Of a stretch of 64,000 nt of DNA, positions 40,783-49,950 are shown piece by piece. Made by a program: the position numbers and the translations under genes. The notes beneath the pieces were generated by a model that was given only the letters and a program-made list of their open reading frames with translations, was not told the origin of the DNA and ran no database searches. Source of the stretch: an uncultured Pelagibacteraceae bacterium (lineage in GTDB: Bacteria > Pseudomonadota > Alphaproteobacteria > Pelagibacterales > AG-422-B15); contig CACIQL010000002.1 of the NCBI GenBank assembly GCA_902588785.1, positions 57,087 to 121,086 of the forward strand, written 5' to 3'. How positions within the stretch are numbered: the first letter of the stretch is position 1; each line of letters begins with the position of its first letter.

Positions 40783-42855
40783 ATGAGTATATTAAACCTA
40801 ATTATTTTCTCAGGAATACTTTCAATTATTTATGGTTTTTGGGCTGGGAATTCAGTTTTAAAATCAAATCCTGGTAGTGAAAAGATGCAAGAAATTTCAT
40901 CAGCAATTCAAATTGGTGCCCAGGCATATCTAAATAGACAATATACAACTATTGCTATTGTAGGTGCAGTTATATGTGTTCTTTTATATTTGTTTTTTAG
41001 AGATTTTTGGGTTGTTGGAGGTTATTTAATTGGCGCAATACTATCAGGTGCGGCAGGTTACATTGGAATGATAATTTCTGTAAGAGCTAATGTTAGAACA
41101 GCTCAGGCAGCTAGTGAGAGTTTGGGTAAAGGTCTAAATGTTGCTTTCAAAGCTGGCGCTGTTACTGGCATGCTTGTTGCAGGTTTGGCTTTGTTATCTA
41201 TATCAGTTTACTATGCGATATTAGATTCTTATTCTGTATCTGAGGAGACACTCAAGCATGCGCTTGTTGCCCTAGGATTTGGCGCCTCACTAATTTCGAT
41301 ATTTGCAAGACTTGGAGGTGGAATTTTTACCAAGGGAGCAGATGTTGGAGCTGATTTAGTTGGCAAAGTTGAAGCGGGTATTCCTGAAGATGATCCTAGA
41401 AATCCTGCAGTTATAGCTGATAATGTTGGAGATAATGTAGGAGATTGCGCGGGCATGGCTGCTGATTTATTTGAGACTTATGCTGTTACAATTGTAGCAA
41501 CTATGGTTTTAGCTACAATATTTTTTTCAGGCGAAATTGCTCACATGATGACTATTTATCCTATGGCAATAGGAGGGAGCTGTTTGGTGGCTTCTATTAT
41601 AGGTACTTTTTTTGTAAGACTAGGATCTTCTCAAAGTATTATGGGCGCGTTATACAAAGGGTTTATAGCCTCAGCAATACTTTCATTGATTTTTATTTAT
41701 CCAGTAACTCAAATAGTATTAGGGGATATGTCAAAAGAATTCACTTTTGGCGAAACTACGTTTTCTGGTACTTCTCTATACATTTGTTCAATAATTGGAA
41801 TTGTAATTACAGGACTTCTAATTTGGATAACTGAATATTATACAGGAACAAATTATAGACCTGTTCAAAGTGTTGCAAAAGCTTCTACGACTGGCCATGG
41901 AACTAATGTAATACAAGGACTGGCAGTTTCAATGGAAGCAACAGCGCTTCCAGCATTGGTTATCGTAATAGGAATTGTAATGACATTTCAGTTGGCTGGC
42001 TTGTTTGGAATAGCAATTGCAGTGACTGCTATGCTTGCACTCGCTGGAATGGTTGTTGCGCTAGATGCATATGGTCCTGTCACTGATAATGCTGGTGGTA
42101 TAGCAGAAATGTCAAATCTTGATGAAAATGTAAGAAAAACTACGGATGCACTTGATGCAGTTGGAAATACAACAAAAGCAGTTACAAAGGGTTATGCAAT
42201 TGGTTCAGCAGGACTAGGTGCGCTTGTTTTGTTTGCTGCATATGTTGAAGATTTAAAATTAGTTCAAAACTTAACGCCTAATTTTAGTCTTGAAAATCCT
42301 TATGTTGTTGTTGGTTTATTGATTGGCGGGTTATTGCCATATTTATTTGCATCAATGGGAATGATGGCAGTTGGCAGAGCAGGTGGCGCAGTAGTTGAAG
42401 AAGTTAGAAAACAATTTGCTGATAATCCGGGTATTATGACAGGTGATTCAAAGCCTGATTACTCTAGATCAGTCGATATGCTTACTCGTTCAGCAATCAA
42501 AGAGATGATAATTCCGTCCATGCTGCCTGTATTATCTCCAATAATACTTTATTTAATTGTTTCAATTGTTGCCGATCAGAATGCAGCTGTTTCAGCTGTA
42601 GGCGCGATGTTGCTTGGTGTAATTGTTACAGGTATATTTGTTGCAATTTCAATGACTGCTGGTGGTGGCGCGTGGGACAATGCTAAGAAATATGTTGAAG
42701 ATGGAAATTTTGGTGGTAAAGGATCAGAAGCTCATAAAGCTGCGGTTACAGGAGATACTGTTGGAGACCCATATAAAGACACCGCAGGTCCCGCTGTTAA
42801 TCCGATGATTAAAATTACTAATATTGTAGCTTTATTATTATTAGCCGCACTATAA
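40783..42855 (+). CDS. hppA: Membrane-bound proton-translocating pyrophosphatase, K+-independent type
   Basis: 690 aa. [26 protein letters not shown] (Lys rather than Ala) is the published signature of K+-independent enzymes. Confidence 0.95.
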   Translation: MSILNLIIFSGILSIIYGFWAGNSVLKSNPGSEKMQEISSAIQIGAQAYLNRQYTTIAIVGAVICVLLYLFFRDFWVVGGYLIGAILSGAAGYIGMIISVRANVRTAQAASESLGKGLNVAFKAGAVTGMLVAGLALLSISVYYAILDSYSVSEETLKHALVALGFGASLISIFARLGGGIFTKGADVGADLVGKVEAGIPEDDPRNPAVIADNVGDNVGDCAGMAADLFETYAVTIVATMVLATIFFSGEIAHMMTIYPMAIGGSCLVASIIGTFFVRLGSSQSIMGALYKGFIASAILSLIFIYPVTQIVLGDMSKEFTFGETTFSGTSLYICSIIGIVITGLLIWITEYYTGTNYRPVQSVAKASTTGHGTNVIQGLAVSMEATALPALVIVIGIVMTFQLAGLFGIAIAVTAMLALAGMVVALDAYGPVTDNAGGIAEMSNLDENVRKTTDALDAVGNTTKAVTKGYAIGSAGLGALVLFAAYVEDLKLVQNLTPNFSLENPYVVVGLLIGGLLPYLFASMGMMAVGRAGGAVVEEVRKQFADNPGIMTGDSKPDYSRSVDMLTRSAIKEMIIPSMLPVLSPIILYLIVSIVADQNAAVSAVGAMLLGVIVTGIFVAISMTAGGGAWDNAKKYVEDGNFGGKGSEAHKAAVTGDTVGDPYKDTAGPAVNPMIKITNIVALLLLAAL

Positions 42856-42863
42856 CTAATTAT

Positions 42864-43298
42864 TTACTGACCTCTCGTAAATGCGTCATAGAGTTGGTCA
42901 GTAATTCCGTAGGCATTTCTCTCTACCTTTGTTACATCGGAAGAAAAAGCAATTTTATTAAAGTTATCAGCAGTTAATAATGTTTGTTCAATTAATATTC
43001 CACTATTGTCAAATTCAAATCTATAAATACTCTGATAAAGTAGTTCATCTTCATCAAAAACCTTTCTTTCTTTAAGTGACAAAAGATAAATCCAAACATT
43101 CTCTACATCTTGGATCTCAATCGATGGTGAACCCATAGCTTCGAATACGTCATTTTTTGTAGTATTTTTTACTTCAAATTTTGATATTTTTTCTGAAGAA
43201 ACAAGAAAATCATCCAAAAGATAACCATGTTGCTTATTAATGGGAGAACAACTATATAAGATTATTAATAGAAAGATAAGATTATAAAATTTAAACAT
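42864..43298 (-). CDS. bamE: Outer-membrane assembly lipoprotein BamE (SmpA/OmlA family)
   Basis: 144 aa. Lipobox LYSC followed by INKQHGY, typical of BamE. Confidence 0.75.
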   Translation of the reverse strand: MFKFYNLIFLLIILYSCSPINKQHGYLLDDFLVSSEKISKFEVKNTTKNDVFEAMGSPSIEIQDVENVWIYLLSLKERKVFDEDELLYQSIYRFEFDNSGILIEQTLLTADNFNKIAFSSDVTKVERNAYGITDQLYDAFTRGQ

Positions 43299-43302
43299 TA
43301 TT

Positions 43303-43833
43303 ATGTTATTTAAGAATTCAGAATATACAATCGAAAAAATCTATCAGAATATCGTCGAAATATCGAGATCAAAATTTTTTTATATTGATTTTGAACTAGA
43401 TGACAGCTTTGAAACTAGGTTTGATTTAATCATATTTCACGCATTTATGATTTTTTATTTTTACAAAAGTAAAAATATTAACAACTCATCTTTATCACAG
43501 ATGTTATTTGATCATATGTTCAATGATTTTGAAAATAATCTAAGAGAAATGGGATTTGGAGATATTGCTGTTAATAAAAAAATGAAACTATTTATAAGGG
43601 CCTTTTATGGCAGGTTATCACAATATAGTAAAAGTTTGGATCTTTTAGAAAAAGAAGGTGATAAATCATTGCTTGAGCAAACAATCTTAAATAATATATT
43701 TAAAGGAAATTCATCAAATAAAATGAATGTTAGTATGTTTGTAAAATATATAATTAAAAATATAAAAAAATTTCAGAGTATGTCTGAAAAGGAAAATATT
43801 GATTGCAATTTTGAATTTATAAAATTTAGTTAG
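43303..43833 (+). CDS. Ubiquinol-cytochrome c chaperone (Cbp3-like) domain protein
   Basis: 176 aa. IYQNIVEISR..FY, FETRFDLIIFH, LREMGFGDIAVNKKMK, FYGR pattern. Confidence 0.7.
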   Translation: MLFKNSEYTIEKIYQNIVEISRSKFFYIDFELDDSFETRFDLIIFHAFMIFYFYKSKNINNSSLSQMLFDHMFNDFENNLREMGFGDIAVNKKMKLFIRAFYGRLSQYSKSLDLLEKEGDKSLLEQTILNNIFKGNSSNKMNVSMFVKYIIKNIKKFQSMSEKENIDCNFEFIKFS

Positions 43834-43837
43834 TATT

Positions 43838-44872
43838 TTGAAAAAGATTTTTAAATTAGCGGTTGATATATTGGGAAGCGAAACTAAAACTAGAGAAATT
43901 TTAAGAGGCTTAGAACAATCTTTATTAAGGAACATTAACTACAAATTTTATTTATTTGGAAATAAAGAGTCGATACTTAAAAATTTAGAAAAATTCCAAA
44001 AACTTCATTCAGCATCTGAAATAATTGATTGTTCAGATAGTATTTCGATGGACGACAAACCATCTGATGTTATAAAGTCAAAAGTACACTCAAGTATGTA
44101 TTTGGCTATTAAATCTACTCAAGAGAATGAAACAGACGCTATACTATCATTCGGTAATACCGGAGCATTAATGACTTTGTCATTATTAAATATCAAAACA
44201 TTATCTGAGATAAAGCGCCCAGCTATTGCATCAATATGGCCAAACATGAAAGGAGAGTCTATAGTTTTAGATCTTGGCGCAAATACTAAATTAAGTTCAA
44301 AGTATCTCGTAGATAGTGCAATTCTTGGCTCTAGTTTGGCAAGCATACTATTTAAAATAGATAATCCGTCTGTAGGCATATTAAATGTTGGTAAAGAGGA
44401 AATAAAGGGAAATGATGAAATTAAGAATGCCTCTGACAGATTACAAGAACTTAATAAATTAGACTTGATTAATTACTATGGATATATTGAAGGAAATGAT
44501 ATTTCTTTAGGAAAAACCAATGTTGTTGTAACAGATGGTTTTACTGGCAATATTGCTTTGAAGACAGCGGAAGGAACTGCAAAGTTATTTCAAAGTCACC
44601 TGAACAACGCTTATCAAAGCTCAATCTTATCAAAGCTAGGATATGTGTTATCTTCAATTTCTCTAAGATCTGTACGTGAAAGATTGGATCCAAGAGTGCA
44701 TAATTGTGGTATATTTATGGGGCTTAATGCATTGGTCGTAAAGTGTCATGGCAAGTCAGAGTTTAAGGGCGTTTCCTATGCTGCAGACATTATATATTCT
44801 TTGCTTGAGAATGACGTAAATGAAAAAATTAAGAAATATGTGAATGAAATGCAAAATAAAATAGCTGTTTAA
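43838..44872 (+). CDS. plsX: Phosphate acyltransferase PlsX
   Basis: 344 aa. SFGNTGALM, TDGFTGNIALKT. TTG start. Confidence 0.9.
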   Translation: MKKIFKLAVDILGSETKTREILRGLEQSLLRNINYKFYLFGNKESILKNLEKFQKLHSASEIIDCSDSISMDDKPSDVIKSKVHSSMYLAIKSTQENETDAILSFGNTGALMTLSLLNIKTLSEIKRPAIASIWPNMKGESIVLDLGANTKLSSKYLVDSAILGSSLASILFKIDNPSVGILNVGKEEIKGNDEIKNASDRLQELNKLDLINYYGYIEGNDISLGKTNVVVTDGFTGNIALKTAEGTAKLFQSHLNNAYQSSILSKLGYVLSSISLRSVRERLDPRVHNCGIFMGLNALVVKCHGKSEFKGVSYAADIIYSLLENDVNEKIKKYVNEMQNKIAV

Positions 44873-44931
44873 TGCATAAAAAAAGTAATTAATATATTGT
44901 TATAAGTTCCTAATTTAATATAATTTTTCTT

Positions 44932-45249
44932 ATGGATAAAACAACTACTAGATCAACACTTAGTGAAGCTGTTTTCAAGAATGTTGGCCTCTCTAGAAAT
45001 GAATCCGCCACACTTGTTGACTCAGTTTTCGGAGAAATTTTAAAAAGCTTAATTAATGGAGATGATGTAAAAATTTCATCTTTTGGGACGTTCGTAGTTA
45101 GACAAAAAAAAGAAAGAATCGGTCGAAACCCTAAGACAGGCCAGGAAGTTCCTATAACAGCAAGAAGTGTTGTAACTTTTCGTGCTTCTAATGTATTGAA
45201 GTCAAAAGTTAACACAAGAAATAAAATGAATTCAGAGGCAGTAATCTGA
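44932..45249 (+). CDS. ihfA: Integration host factor subunit alpha
   Basis: 105 aa. [27 protein letters not shown]. Confidence 0.9.
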   Translation: MDKTTTRSTLSEAVFKNVGLSRNESATLVDSVFGEILKSLINGDDVKISSFGTFVVRQKKERIGRNPKTGQEVPITARSVVTFRASNVLKSKVNTRNKMNSEAVI

Positions 45250-45674
45250 TGAGTTCAAAGTCACCCGAAGCTTTTAGAACTATAAGTGAGGTATCGAAAG
45301 ATTTGTCTTTACCTCAACATGTACTAAGATTTTGGGAAACAAAGTTTGTACAAATAAAGCCAATCAAAAGAGGTGGCGGGCGCAGATATTATAGGCCTGA
45401 AGATGTAAAATTATTAAAGGGTATTAAAAGTCTTTTGTACAACGATGGATATACAATCAGAGGGGTTCAAAAAGTAATCAAGGAAAATGGTACAAAAAAA
45501 TTATTAACTATTCAGACAGAAAATAAGATCTTTACAGAAATAAAAAAAGATAATAATGATCATCATGAGCATCAAAGTTACCCTCAGCATTCTATTAATG
45601 ACTCAAAAAGAAAAAAATTAATGAATGTTTTGGATGATTTGGTTCAACTAAGAAAAAAACTTGATAGTAAATAA
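45249..45674 (+). CDS. MerR-family transcriptional regulator
   Basis: 141 aa. N-terminal [25 protein letters not shown] and [14 protein letters not shown] overlap with ihfA. Confidence 0.85.
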   Translation: MSSKSPEAFRTISEVSKDLSLPQHVLRFWETKFVQIKPIKRGGGRRYYRPEDVKLLKGIKSLLYNDGYTIRGVQKVIKENGTKKLLTIQTENKIFTEIKKDNNDHHEHQSYPQHSINDSKRKKLMNVLDDLVQLRKKLDSK

Positions 45675-45865
45675 TGGCAAAAAAATCTACTGTAAAGGTA
45701 CGCCTAGTTCCTGAGGAAAAAACTGATAGCAAGTTTTATTACTATGCAAAAAAGCCCACTTCTGGTTTAAAAGCAAAAGACAAGTTAAGGATGAAGAAGT
45801 ATAATCCGGCAACCAAAAAACATGAATGGTTTGTAGAAAAGAAACTTCCACCTCATAGTAAATAG
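45674..45865 (+). CDS. rpmG: 50S ribosomal protein L33 (cysteine-free form)
   Basis: 63 aa. MAKK..VKVRL...FYYYAKK...KLRMKKYNPATKKHEWF matches the L33 pattern. No Cys residues. Confidence 0.75.
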   Translation: MAKKSTVKVRLVPEEKTDSKFYYYAKKPTSGLKAKDKLRMKKYNPATKKHEWFVEKKLPPHSK

Positions 45866-46159
45866 CTATTTTTTAAAATTTTTTTTCTCAAAATTAATAA
45901 AGTTTTTAATTATCGATACCCAAATATCACTAATCAATTTTGGATTTGCACCCAGTTTTTTTGCTTGATTTGAAACTTTCTTTTTTATCTCATTTATCCT
46001 CTTTGAATCGACAATCTCAGACTTTCTTGTTTTAAGACTTAGCGCTCTATTTACTAATTGAGATCTTTTAACCATCAATGGTAAAATCTGAGAATCAATC
46101 TTATCGATCCTTTTTCTTACCTCTTTCATCTTAGAAGAGTTATTTTTTTTTCTTATCAT
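45866..46159 (-). CDS. Chorismate mutase (AroQ class)
   Basis: MKEVRKRIDKIDSQILPLMVKRSQL and downstream helices are typical of AroQ. The start is placed at MIRKK, which forms an ATGA overlap with the upstream small ORF. The longest ORF reaches 46246. Confidence 0.8.
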   Translation of the reverse strand: MIRKKNNSSKMKEVRKRIDKIDSQILPLMVKRSQLVNRALSLKTRKSEIVDSKRINEIKKKVSNQAKKLGANPKLISDIWVSIIKNFINFEKKNFKK

Positions 46160-46350
46160 TTTTTTTTGAACGGTCTTAAAATATACATTGAAGGAAAAAC
46201 CCAGATAATACCTAATATAAAGTAAACAATAAATTCTATTAGCCAATGATTAAAGTTGATTTTAATTAAAAAAGCCATAACTACTATACAATATAAAAAC
46301 ATCATAAGTATAAAGATAATTATACTTAGTAGTTTTTTTGTTTTTTGCAT
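46156..46350 (-). CDS. Small two-TM membrane protein of unknown function
   Basis: 64 aa with two hydrophobic helices. Stop overlaps the chorismate mutase start (ATGA). Confidence 0.5.
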   Translation of the reverse strand: MQKTKKLLSIIIFILMMFLYCIVVMAFLIKINFNHWLIEFIVYFILGIIWVFPSMYILRPFKKK

Positions 46351-46374
46351 ATTTAATATTTAATAATTTAAATT

Positions 46375-47427
46375 ATGAAAATCAATATATTTTCAATTTG
46401 GCTCTTGTCTCTAATAGTTTCTATTTGCGCGATTATACTCATTGGTGGGTATACAAGAATATCTGATTCAGGCCTATCGATAACAGAGTGGCTACCAATT
46501 ACAGGCGTTATGTATCCATTAAACAATTATCAATGGCAAGTAGAATTCAGCAAATATCAACAAATTGATGAATTCATGCTCGTGAATAGCACTATGACAC
46601 TAAATGAATTCAAAGTAATATATTTTTGGGAATGGTTTCATAGATTTTTTGCAAGGTTGATAGGTGCTCTGTATTTAATACCTCTAATTTATTTGTTAAT
46701 TAAAAAGAAAATACACAGAAGCTATCAATTAAGAATATTCTCAATCGGATTTCTCTTGGGCGTGCAAGCCGTCATTGGTTGGTATATGGTAAAAAGTGGC
46801 TTAGTTGGGAGAATTGATGTTAGTCAATATCGTTTAGCAATGCATCTTACTATGGCTTTTGTTATTTTAGGTATTACTTATCAAACGCTCTTAGATTCTA
46901 ATATGAAATATATTAGTAACAAAAAGTTTTATTATAAACCAGGAAATGCATTTTTATTTTTATTATTATTTTTATTTGTTTTCTTACAAATTGTCTATGG
47001 TGCTTTTGTTTCAGGTACTCACTCAGGGTTATTATTTAATACTTGGCCAATGTATGATGGTAATATTTTTCCTTTAATTGAAAACAATCTTTTGAGTGGT
47101 TTTGTTAATTTTTTTGAGACGAGAGAATATATAATCTTTGTTCATCGAACATCAGCGTTATTAATTCTCTTATTAGTAATATATATAAATTATATTTTAT
47201 ATAAAAAAAATGGCGCCATTAGTAAAAGTTATTTATTACTGGCATTCAATTTTACTTTTATATTGCAAATTCTGCTTGGAGTTATGATGACTTTTCAAAA
47301 TATTCCTTGGCATTTAGCACTAGCTCATCAGGGAAATTCAATTATTTTATTTTTGATTTCACTATCAATGTGGATGTTAAGTAAAAAGTCTCTTCATAAA
47401 AATTTTAATGAAGAGACTTTAAGTTAG
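46375..47427 (+). CDS. ctaA: Heme A synthase (COX15/CtaA)
   Basis: 350 aa, 8 predicted TM. GGYTR...GLSITEW, EWFHR, conserved His pairs. Confidence 0.9.
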   Translation: MKINIFSIWLLSLIVSICAIILIGGYTRISDSGLSITEWLPITGVMYPLNNYQWQVEFSKYQQIDEFMLVNSTMTLNEFKVIYFWEWFHRFFARLIGALYLIPLIYLLIKKKIHRSYQLRIFSIGFLLGVQAVIGWYMVKSGLVGRIDVSQYRLAMHLTMAFVILGITYQTLLDSNMKYISNKKFYYKPGNAFLFLLLFLFVFLQIVYGAFVSGTHSGLLFNTWPMYDGNIFPLIENNLLSGFVNFFETREYIIFVHRTSALLILLLVIYINYILYKKNGAISKSYLLLAFNFTFILQILLGVMMTFQNIPWHLALAHQGNSIILFLISLSMWMLSKKSLHKNFNEETLS

Positions 47428-47428
47428 A

Positions 47429-48742
47429 TTATGCTGCGTCTAAAGCATTCTTTAGGTCTTCGATGATATCGTCGATATGTTCTATTCCAATCGAAAGTCT
47501 CACATAACTAGGATTTACTCCAGCCGCTTCCATATCATCATCTGATAGCTGAGAGTGAGTTGTTGATGCTGGGTGAATAGCTAAGCTTCGAGCATCACCA
47601 ATATTTGCAACATGATAGAACATATTTAAATTATTTATGAACTTTTCACCACTCGCTTTACCGCCTTTAAGTTCAATACCACAGAGTGCCCCATGACCCC
47701 CCTTAAGGTATTTGTTTGCTCTCTCACCAGCTTCACCTTCATCAAGACCAGCATAGATTACTCGTGAAACTTTATTATGTTTAGATAGATACTCAGCCAC
47801 CTTTGCAGCATTAGAGCAATGCTTTTCCATTCTCAAAGATACTGTTTCTAAACCTTGAATTATTTGAAATGCACTTTGTGGTGGTAGAGCTGGACCTAAG
47901 TCTCTCAACCCTACAAACCTAGCTCTTACGATGTAAGCGATCGGACCAACTGCTTTTGCAAATTCTGTCCATATCATACCATGATAACTTGGATCAGGGT
48001 TATTTAACATAGGTTGTCTTTTGGGGTCTTTAGCCCAATCAAATTTCCCACTGTCAACAATTATTCCTCCAATAGTAGTGCCATGACCGCCTATGAATTT
48101 AGTAAGTGAATGTACAACGATAGTTGCACCATGCTCAATTGGCTTACATATTACAGGCGCTGCAGTATTATCTACAATTAGAGGTATATTGTATTCGTCT
48201 CCTATATCTGCAACTTCTCTGATTGGAAAAACTTTTAGTTTTGGATTAGGTAAGGTTTCAGCGTAATACGCACGTGTATTATCATCAGTCATTTTTCGAA
48301 AGCTTTCAGGATCTGTAGGGTCAGCAAACCTAACTTCAATTCCTAAATCTTTCATTGTGTTAGCAAATAAATTCCATGTTCCACCATATAAATCTGTTGA
48401 ACTAACAATATTATCTCCAGCTTTAACTAAATTTTGAATGCTTAACATAGATGCTGATTGGCCAGAACTAACACATAATGCTCCTACACCACCTTCCATT
48501 GCTGCAACTCTTTTTTCAAGAACATCAACTGTAGGGTTCATTATTCTTGTATAAATATTACCAAAATCTTTAGCTCCAAATAAGTTAGCTGCATGTTCAG
48601 TGTTATGAAACTGATATGAAGTTGTTTGATAAATTGGAACAGCTACTGACGTTGTAGAAGGATCACTTCTGTAATCACCTCCATGTAATGCAATTGTTTC
48701 AGGGTTTACAGAATCTGCTGGATTAAATTTATTTTTTGCCAT
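47429..48742 (-). CDS. metY: O-acetylhomoserine (thiol)-lyase
   Basis: PLP-lysine motif HSLTKFIGGHG. The start is placed at MAKNKF, 7 nt after AGAGG. The longer ORF (TTG at 48787) begins inside a terminator U-tract. Confidence 0.92.
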   Translation of the reverse strand: MAKNKFNPADSVNPETIALHGGDYRSDPSTTSVAVPIYQTTSYQFHNTEHAANLFGAKDFGNIYTRIMNPTVDVLEKRVAAMEGGVGALCVSSGQSASMLSIQNLVKAGDNIVSSTDLYGGTWNLFANTMKDLGIEVRFADPTDPESFRKMTDDNTRAYYAETLPNPKLKVFPIREVADIGDEYNIPLIVDNTAAPVICKPIEHGATIVVHSLTKFIGGHGTTIGGIIVDSGKFDWAKDPKRQPMLNNPDPSYHGMIWTEFAKAVGPIAYIVRARFVGLRDLGPALPPQSAFQIIQGLETVSLRMEKHCSNAAKVAEYLSKHNKVSRVIYAGLDEGEAGERANKYLKGGHGALCGIELKGGKASGEKFINNLNMFYHVANIGDARSLAIHPASTTHSQLSDDDMEAAGVNPSYVRLSIGIEHIDDIIEDLKNALDAA

Positions 48743-48785
48743 TTTTATACCTCTATTTATTTTTTCTTCGAGTTTCACAGCAAAC

Positions 48786-48815
48786 AAAAAAACCGCATCA
48801 TAATACTATGTGCGG
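48786..48815 (-). terminator. Intrinsic-terminator-like hairpin plus U7 in the metY 5' leader (attenuator / riboswitch expression platform candidate)
   Basis: The minus strand reads CCGCACAT-AGTATT-ATGATGCGG followed by TTTTTTT, 43 nt upstream of the metY ATG. An upstream TGCGG (48838-48842) could pair alternatively with CCGCA. Confidence 0.6.
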
Positions 48816-48964
48816 CTGATGGCTTAGCTGTATAAGTCCGCAAGCTGTATTAAACTCGACAATATATTGAATAACACTCTAAGACTTATGTAAAGCGTAA
48901 TAATTTAAAAAGTATTATAATACCATTAATTAAATATATGAATTTATTATATAAATATATGTTG

Positions 48965-48993
48965 TTGACATATTTTACTGTATTCTCTAATAA
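48965..48993 (+). promoter_or_regulatory. Candidate sigma70-type promoter of rplM-rpsI
   Basis: TTGACA (48965-48970), 17-nt spacer, TAATAA (48988-48993). Only 8 nt lie between the -10 element and the rplM ATG. Confidence 0.4.
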
Positions 48994-49001
48994 GCAACAA
49001 T

Positions 49002-49469
49002 ATGACTACATCTAAGATACTAAAGCAAACAGCGTCTCTAAGAAAAGAGGACATTAAGAAAGATTGGCTCTTGATCGATGCAAAAGACATAGTCTTGGGC
49101 AGACTGGCTACAAATGTCTCAAATATTTTAAGAGGAAAGCATAAGCCCACGTATACGCCACATGTGGATTGTGGTGACAACGTTGTTATAATTAACGCAG
49201 AAAAAATTAAGCTTACGGGCAAAAAACTCGATGACAAAACTTATTATAGACACACTGGATATCCTGGAGGTATTAAGAGCATCAATGCTAGAAAGATATT
49301 AGACGGAAAATTTCCTGACCGTCTTGTAAGATTAGCTGTTAAGAGAATGATTCCTAAAGGGCCGCTAGGAAGGAAGCAGCTATCTAATATGAAAGTATAT
49401 GTAGGAGATAAGCATCCACACGAGGCTCAAAATCCTAAAACATATAACATACAGGATGTAGTTAAATGA
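49002..49469 (+). CDS. rplM: 50S ribosomal protein L13
   Basis: 155 aa. [15 protein letters not shown] and HTGYPGG motifs. Confidence 0.96.
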   Translation: MTTSKILKQTASLRKEDIKKDWLLIDAKDIVLGRLATNVSNILRGKHKPTYTPHVDCGDNVVIINAEKIKLTGKKLDDKTYYRHTGYPGGIKSINARKILDGKFPDRLVRLAVKRMIPKGPLGRKQLSNMKVYVGDKHPHEAQNPKTYNIQDVVK

Positions 49470-49912
49470 ACGAAACTATGAATAACAATACTGAAGAAAA
49501 TTTAGCTAAACCTGTATTAGATAATTTAGGCAGATCTTATGCAACAGGCAAAAGAAAGAATGCTGTAGCAAGAGTATGGATAAAAGATGGATCTGGAAAA
49601 ATTGTAATAAACGGTAAGGATGTAGATAAATACTTTTTAAGACCTGTTTTAAATATGTTAGTTAATCAGCCGCTAGAACTTACGAACAAAAAAATGAATG
49701 TTGACACAACAGTTACAGTTAGCGGTGGTGGAATGTCTGGTCAGGCTGGTGCTGTCAGACACGGAATTTCAAAAGCTCTAACTTTGCTAGATCCAAACTT
49801 AAGACCAATCCTTAAAACTGAAGGTTTACTTACTAGAGACTCTCGAATTGTTGAAAGAAAAAAATATGGTAGACGTAAAGCGCGTAGACGTTTCCAATTC
49901 TCAAAAAGATAA
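49466..49912 (+). CDS. rpsI: 30S ribosomal protein S9
   Basis: 148 aa. [19 protein letters not shown] and C-terminal [17 protein letters not shown]. Confidence 0.96.
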   Translation: MNETMNNNTEENLAKPVLDNLGRSYATGKRKNAVARVWIKDGSGKIVINGKDVDKYFLRPVLNMLVNQPLELTNKKMNVDTTVTVSGGGMSGQAGAVRHGISKALTLLDPNLRPILKTEGLLTRDSRIVERKKYGRRKARRRFQFSKR

Positions 49913-49950
49913 TTTTTTTCAAACTTCTATTTTAAAATTAAAAATTAATT

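Noticed and set aside
48743-48787. A longer metY ORF that starts at TTG 48787 (MFAVKLEEKINRGIK-).
   Set aside because: This start lies inside the U-tract of the leader terminator. The internal ATG at 48742 has an AGAGG 7 nt upstream and gives a normal MetY N-terminus.
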